Assembly (NCBI GenBank): GCA_024137785.1
Contig: JAHRHZ010000082.1
Location: 186,001 to 250,000, forward strand
Reading direction: 5' to 3'
Source of the DNA: Ginglymostoma cirratum
Taxonomy: Eukaryota
Length of the DNA stretch: 64,000 nt
The notes under the pieces are model-generated. The model saw only the letters and a program-made list of their open reading frames with translations, did not search any database and was not told where the DNA came from. Position numbers and translations under genes: made by a program. Of the stretch, positions 63,885-64,000 are shown in pieces. How positions within the stretch are numbered: the first letter of the stretch is position 1; each line of letters opens with the position of its first letter.

Positions 63885-64000
63885 CTTTTCTTCTGTTCGT
63901 TCATGGGATATGTGTGTCGCTGGGTGGGCCAGCATTTATTGCCCATCCTAGTTGCCCTTGCCCTTGAAAAGGCGGAAATGAGCTGCCTTCTCGAACCACT
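63885..64000 (-). mobile_element. CR1/L2-group LINE 3' end (continues beyond window)
   Basis: ccagcatttattgcccatcc...gagctgccttctcgaacc; shares tail with the SINE at 40506 and body with 12970-12990. Confidence 0.75.

Noticed and set aside
1-64000. CRISPR arrays, operons, rRNA, CpG-island promoter
   Set aside because: Vertebrate repeat-rich DNA; no repeat-spacer array, rRNA-like sequence or CpG island seen.

Overview
AT-rich, CpG-poor vertebrate genomic DNA. The repeat content (HE1-like and SacSINE1/Deu-like SINEs, many CR1 LINE fragments, Penelope-like elements) points to a cartilaginous fish, most likely a shark. There is no long intact ORF, and nearly all ORF-track entries are noise or decayed retroelement frames. 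The window is intronic/intergenic, with a probable + strand terminal coding exon at 7417-7509 (gene not recognised) and a few weaker exon candidates. Main structures: (1) about a dozen short Penelope-derived units that begin with a minimal hammerhead-ribozyme motif, often in head-to-head inverted pairs, one with an 11-bp target-site duplication; (2) a nested LTR complex at 20.5-25 kb (Gypsy with 3' LTR and PPT, an inserted solo LTR, an inserted SINE, and a retrovirus-like gag-pro-RT relic); (3) a 158-bp direct duplication; (4) TE-poor blocks dense in homeobox/Sox/Fox motifs that resemble conserved enhancers of a developmental regulatory landscape. All family assignments come from motif recognition by eye, not database searches, and many repeat boundaries are approximate.
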